Origin: a virus
Lineage: Duplodnaviria > Caudoviricetes
Length of the DNA stretch: 39,705 bases
IMG/VR virus record: IMGVR_UViG_3300048080_000499
Location: 1 to 39,705 of that record
Strand: one strand, 5' to 3'
Shown here: positions 36,730 through 39,705 of the stretch, in pieces
Position numbering within the stretch: the first letter of the stretch is position 1
How the letters are laid out: the number at the start of each line of letters is the position of its first letter
Notes under the pieces: generated by a model
Database searches by the model: none
Seen by the model: only the letters and a program-made list of their open reading frames with translations
Told to the model about the DNA's origin: nothing
Translations under genes and position numbers: made by a program

Positions 36730-37087
36730 CCCGCCTTCCGCCTTCCGCCTTCTGCCTTCTGCCTTCCGCCTTGCTCCCTCCGACCACATCGCCGGTCACG
36801 GTCACGTCGCCCGCCGCCTCGATGATCAGCGCGCCCGCCTGGTACCGGCGGAAGAGCGTGTGAATCGACTCCACCAACTCGTCCAGGTCGTGCTGCCCAT
36901 CCAGGGGTTGGCCGTCGCGCACGATGGCCACCAGACGCAGCAAGCGCAGCCCCAGCGCCGCGTTGAGCGACTCGAGCTGGTGCACCCGGCGCACCAGTTC
37001 CTGCCGGCGCGTATAGACCACGTAGTGCAGCACCAGCAGCAGCACCACGATCACCGCCAGCAGCCCGTCCTGCAGGGTGATCGTCAC
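36719..37087 (-). CDS. Membrane-anchored coiled-coil protein (lysis-associated?)
   Basis: GTGA overlap with holin; N-terminal TM helix then heptads. Confidence 0.6.
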   Translation of the reverse strand: MTITLQDGLLAVIVVLLLVLHYVVYTRRQELVRRVHQLESLNAALGLRLLRLVAIVRDGQPLDGQHDLDELVESIHTLFRRYQAGALIIEAAGDVTVTGDVVGGSKAEGRRQKAEGGRRDGN

Positions 37088-37269
37088 CGGGCGCGGGCGC
37101 GCAGCCCGTCCTCGAGCGCCGTGCCGAGGATGTAGCTGACGACCACGGCCACGCCGGCGACGAGCTGGTCGAGCGGGATGCCCGCGCGTTCGCCGAGCAG
37201 CACGAAGGCCAGGCCGACCACGGCCGCCCAGAACTTGCGCGACTTGAGAAGCTGTCCGATCTTGGTCAT
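37084..37269 (-). CDS. Holin-like protein
   Basis: 61 aa, KSRKFWAAVVG, two TM helices, YILG...D. Confidence 0.7.
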   Translation of the reverse strand: MTKIGQLLKSRKFWAAVVGLAFVLLGERAGIPLDQLVAGVAVVVSYILGTALEDGLRARAR

Positions 37270-37285
37270 GAGGGGGATCCTTTCT

Positions 37286-37335
37286 AAAAGACCGGGGCGC
37301 GCATCGCCTGCGCGCCCCGGTCTCGTCGACTCTAA
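37286..37335 (-). terminator. Leader terminator with conserved upstream motif (site A)
   Basis: TTAGAGTCGACG-AGACCGGGGCGCGCA...TGCGCGCCCCGGTCT-TTT. Confidence 0.75.
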
Positions 37336-37345
37336 GGCGGAGGAA

Positions 37346-37374
37346 AGTGTACGCCCTTGCGGGCGGGGAGTCAA
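37346..37374 (-). promoter_or_regulatory. sigma70-type late promoter
   Basis: TTGACT-N17-TACACT. Confidence 0.75.
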
Positions 37375-37385
37375 TCCGGGGGAAC

Positions 37386-37412
37386 AAAAAGCCCCGGCGT
37401 GTGAGCCGGGGC
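37386..37412 (-). terminator. Intrinsic terminator
   Basis: GCCCCGGC-tcacac-GCCGGGGC-TTTTTG. Confidence 0.8.
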
Positions 37413-37449
37413 AGGTGGGGCGATATGCGGTTGTGGGGGGGGGACGTGG

Positions 37450-37656
37450 TTACTCGTCTTCGTTCGGCAATCCCCAGCCGGTCGTCTCTGTTTGATTGGC
37501 GTTGCTATTGGCCAACCGCACCGCACCGCATTTGCCGCACGTCTCGATGATCGTGATGTTGCCGGTGGCGACCGGGTTGGGATCGCGCGCCACGATGGGG
37601 CGATAGCCCTCGGTGCGTTCTGTGACTTGGGCCTTCGGGTGTTTGCAGGTGCTCAT
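37450..37656 (-). CDS. Small Zn-ribbon protein
   Basis: GGAGG RBS; CKH...CGKCG. Confidence 0.65.
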   Translation of the reverse strand: MSTCKHPKAQVTERTEGYRPIVARDPNPVATGNITIIETCGKCGAVRLANSNANQTETTGWGLPNEDE

Positions 37657-37738
37657 GGTGTCCTCCAGTGTGATGGTGTGAAAAGTGTAGCACGGTCGCG
37701 GGTCGAAACCCGCAAATTGTTGGTTAGAGTTCCCGACT

Positions 37739-38128
37739 CTAGAACGGCTCCTCCTCCGCCTCGGGCTGCGGCTGCTTCATCGCCGCCGGCGGCTCGCTCA
37801 CCCCGTGAGTCGCCTTGCGGAAGCGCACCACCACGTGCTGCCCCCCGAAGGCCGTCACGCTCTCCGCGTACAGGCTGATCTTCTGGCCCGTCCACGTGCC
37901 CACCTCGTCCGACCCGAGCGCCGCCGCGATCTGCTCCGCCATCGTGCGGTTCAGGATCACCCCCTTGTGCGCGCGCTCGAAGTAGATCACGTACTTGTCC
38001 ACGCGCTTCTTTGCGCGCCCGTCAAACATCGGCTCGGCGACCACCTCGCGGATCGCCAGCGTCCACGCCTTGCCGTTCAGGTCTGCGCCGCTGATGTAGC
38101 GGCTGGGGAACATCTCGTTCACGTTCAT
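37739..38128 (-). CDS. Putative OB-fold ssDNA-binding protein
   Basis: MFPSRYISGADL...VIYFE...LNRT...WTGQKISLY; SSB-like acidic tail EAEEEPF. Confidence 0.6.
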   Translation of the reverse strand: MNVNEMFPSRYISGADLNGKAWTLAIREVVAEPMFDGRAKKRVDKYVIYFERAHKGVILNRTMAEQIAAALGSDEVGTWTGQKISLYAESVTAFGGQHVVVRFRKATHGVSEPPAAMKQPQPEAEEEPF

Positions 38129-38307
38129 CGTTTCGTCTCCTTCACCGGGTGGAGGCCACTGTGAGGATGGCCCCCACCCGGAAGCAAAACAGGCGACCCT
38201 GAGCCCGTCGAAGGGGCAGGTCGCCTGTGTATGCTACAATCTCGGCAACCCTGCCACCGCTCACAACGATGGTTGGGGTCAGGCTCTGGGTGGTGTGTCA
38301 ACACCAC
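38125..38307 (-). CDS. Possible small Cys-containing protein
   Basis: ATGA overlap with the SSB-like gene; weak start context. Confidence 0.35.
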   Translation of the reverse strand: MVLTHHPEPDPNHRCERWQGCRDCSIHRRPAPSTGSGSPVLLPGGGHPHSGLHPVKETKR

Positions 38308-38318
38308 TCAAGGCCGGG

Positions 38319-38348
38319 GCGGGTGGCCGGTGGGCCGCCCGCTTTTTG
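38319..38348 (+). terminator. Intrinsic terminator on the plus (antisense) strand
   Basis: GCGGGTGGCC-ggtg-GGCCGCCCGC-TTTTTG. Confidence 0.6.
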
Positions 38349-38367
38349 TTGTAAATGTTTACTACTT

Positions 38368-38395
38368 ATAATACACCCGCTCCCGGAAGAGTCAA
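38368..38395 (-). promoter_or_regulatory. sigma70-type promoter
   Basis: TTGACT-N16-TATTAT in an AT-rich patch. Confidence 0.6.
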
Positions 38396-38410
38396 GTTAT
38401 AATTGCGTTG

Positions 38411-38482
38411 TGCCCCCGCTCAGAGTCGAACTGAGATCTCCACCTTAGCAGAGCGGCGCTCTATCCTTTGAGCTACAGGGGC
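38411..38482 (-). tRNA. tRNA with anticodon GCT (Ser), short variable loop, Arg-type body; CCA not encoded
   Basis: GCCCCTG TA GCTC AAAGGATA GAGC G CCGCT CT GCT AA GGTGG AGAT CTCAG TTCGACT CTGAG CGGGGGC A. Confidence 0.88.
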
Positions 38483-38487
38483 ATGCC

Positions 38488-38562
38488 TGGTGCCGCCGCT
38501 CAGAGTCGAACTGAGATCGTGGCCTTAGCGGGACCGTGCTCTATCCTTTGAGCTACGGCGGC
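38488..38562 (-). tRNA. tRNA with anticodon GCT (Ser), short variable loop, Arg-type body, C33; CCA encoded
   Basis: GCCGCCG TA GCTC AAAGGATA GAGC A CGGTC CC GCT AA GGCCA CGAT CTCAG TTCGACT CTGAG CGGCGGC A CCA. Confidence 0.85.
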
Positions 38563-38563
38563 A

Positions 38564-38638
38564 TGGTGCCCCTGGTCGGAGTCGAACCGACATGCTCTCC
38601 GTGCGACGGGAGTGCTCGATCCATTGAGCGACAGGGGC
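38564..38638 (-). tRNA. tRNA-like gene, Arg-type body, irregular anticodon arm (CGC in canonical register)
   Basis: GCCCCTG TC GCTC AATGGATC GAGC A CTCCC GT CGC AC GGAGA GCAT GTCGG TTCGACT CCGAC CAGGGGC A CCA. Confidence 0.75.
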
Positions 38639-38641
38639 ATT

Positions 38642-38698
38642 AAAAAGCACGGGGCGATCCGTGGTTCGGACCGCCCCGTGCTCATCGCATCTAACGGG
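38642..38698 (-). terminator. Terminator with conserved upstream motif (site C), directly before the tRNA array
   Basis: CCCGTTAGATGCGATG-AGCACGGGGCG...CGCCCCGTGCT-TTTT. Confidence 0.75.
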
Positions 38699-38706
38699 CT
38701 AGTTCT

Positions 38707-39213
38707 TCAGGGACACAGACTCAAGTCGAACGACACGTAATCGCCGTGCACCCAGGCGCGCACTCCGAAGGCCTCCACCTCCAGCCAGTCTCCCTGCTCG
38801 CCGATCACATCCAGCCGGTCGCACCGCCGCAGATCGCCAATGTCCTGGTAATCCGCACCGGGTCCGGACCGCAGGTTCAACCCTTTCGAGACGACCACGG
38901 CGGGCGTGCCGGCGTTCATCGGCGGGGGGATCGCTTGCCTTTGAAAGTTCGGCCCGGGAACCTTCGGCGTCTCGCCGCGAGGTGGCGCCGCGGGAGTCGG
39001 CTCGGTAAGTCCTTGCGTGAAACCGGATCCCAAGCCGCCGGCCGCCGGTCCCAGAAGCGCCGCCGTGACAAACACAGCGAAGCACAGGTAGCCGCTCCCC
39101 AGGCCAACCCCAATCCCTGCCACTCGGCAGACCCAATCACGCCAGTGATAGTGTCGCTTGAAGTAGCCGCTGAGGGGAAACATCAGGATGGCTCCGATCA
39201 CCAGGGGAATCAT
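38707..39213 (-). CDS. Membrane-anchored SH3b-domain protein
   Basis: AAGGAGG RBS; two TM helices, Pro linker, LNLRSGPG.DY...GDWLEV...AWVHGDYV. Confidence 0.85.
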   Translation of the reverse strand: MIPLVIGAILMFPLSGYFKRHYHWRDWVCRVAGIGVGLGSGYLCFAVFVTAALLGPAAGGLGSGFTQGLTEPTPAAPPRGETPKVPGPNFQRQAIPPPMNAGTPAVVVSKGLNLRSGPGADYQDIGDLRRCDRLDVIGEQGDWLEVEAFGVRAWVHGDYVSFDLSLCP

Positions 39214-39244
39214 CGCGACCTCCTTAATTCAAACAATTTTCCAA

Positions 39245-39274
39245 TTGACACGCCACCCCCGCTGGGTGTACGCT
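39245..39274 (+). promoter_or_regulatory. sigma70-type promoter giving a leaderless mRNA
   Basis: TTGACA-N18-TACGCT ending 7 nt before ATG 39282; no SD. Confidence 0.6.
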
Positions 39275-39281
39275 GTTCGCA

Positions 39282-39494
39282 ATGTCGAACTTTGCCTATA
39301 TCACCGTTCCCCAAGCGGCTCAACTTCTAGGCGTGACCACGCGCCGTGTTCAGCGCATGATCACCGAGGAGGGTAAGTTCCCCGGGGCGCGCAAGCTCAA
39401 CCCCGACGTGCCGACTTCGGACTACCTCATCCCCCGCAAGGAAGTTGAAGCTGAAATCAAAAGGCGCGCCCAGTCGCCCAGCCAGGACGGCTGA
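39282..39494 (+). CDS. Excisionase-like/HTH_17 DNA-binding protein
   Basis: YITVPQAAQLLGVTTRRVQRMI..GKFPGARK...YLIP..EVE. Confidence 0.8.
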   Translation: MSNFAYITVPQAAQLLGVTTRRVQRMITEEGKFPGARKLNPDVPTSDYLIPRKEVEAEIKRRAQSPSQDG

Positions 39495-39615
39495 GCGCGC
39501 AAGTCGCACTACTCTGTCCACCGGACAGATCGAGTCGTTTGCTTGCACAGCTCCGACCCGAACTGCACTTTTACAACAGAATAGCACGACTTCAGCGGAT
39601 CACGTGATCCGCCTA

Positions 39616-39649
39616 TGACCCTGTTGGGTCTCGAACCCAAAACCTAACG
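39616..39649 (-). other. tRNA 3'-half-like sequence, candidate att core
   Basis: Minus strand CGTTAGGT TTGGG TTCGAGA CCCAA CAGGGTC A gives a T arm plus 3' acceptor strand with no 5' half. Confidence 0.4.
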
Positions 39650-39705
39650 TTGGCGTCGGGGGGGGCCCAAAAAACCCGGTTGAGGGTTGGTGGTTTTAAA
39701 ATAAC

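Larger units (their letters stand above)
1242..38214 (+). repeat. Dispersed ~17-nt hairpin repeat CCTGAGC-N2-3-GYCGAAGG, 14 units at 11 loci
   Basis: 1242, 1594, 5935, 14892, 14916, 15715, 19110, 23182, 26683, 31497, 36366-36413 (three nested), 38198. Confidence 0.85.
1..39705. mobile_element. Temperate tailed phage (prophage or near-complete genome), podovirus-like
   Basis: Integrase, replication initiator, ParB, holin, terminase, portal, scaffold, capsid, adaptor/nozzle and large ejection-type proteins; no tape measure or sheath recognised; no host genes. Confidence 0.93.

Noticed and set aside
38411-38638. Genome-wide reassignment of AGY codons to Arg
   Set aside because: AGC encodes conserved Ser positions in TerL and the DUF616 protein
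38500-38685. ORF-track 61-aa ORF and overlapping 38227-38448
   Set aside because: Overlap the tRNA genes and terminator; no coding signal
39650-39705. Terminal homopolymer-rich sequence as a functional site
   Set aside because: Looks like a low-quality contig end

Overview
The whole 39.7-kb window is a high-GC temperate phage (prophage or circularly permuted genome) with podovirus-like morphogenesis genes; I see no host housekeeping genes. Left end: a 5'-partial tyrosine recombinase on the minus strand, then a plus-strand early operon (0.6-6.1 kb) with small Zn-finger and membrane genes, a lambda-O-like initiator containing an iteron origin, and a ParB-family protein. From 39.2 to 6.2 kb the minus strand carries an SH3 membrane protein, three tRNA genes, an SSB-like protein, a holin, TerS/TerL, portal, internal virion proteins (including a 2974-aa protein with zincin-like and transglycosylase domains), a glycosyltransferase/methyltransferase cassette, scaffold, major capsid, cement and decoration proteins, adaptor, nozzle and a fibre-like protein. 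The right end has an Xis-like HTH gene and a possible tRNA-derived att core. The three most unusual signals: (1) two tRNAs with tRNA-Arg(CCU)-type bodies and the full ArgRS identity set but a Ser anticodon (GCU) and no long variable arm, plus a third aberrant Arg-bodied tRNA; (2) a conserved motif TTAGAnnCGAyGAGnnCGGGG fused to three intrinsic terminators that gate the tRNA, lysis/packaging and capsid transcription units, a candidate antitermination system; (3) a ~17-nt hairpin repeat present 14 times, all on the same DNA strand, mostly in frame inside genes and once nested in itself. All calls were made by eye from motifs and synteny; no database searches were run.
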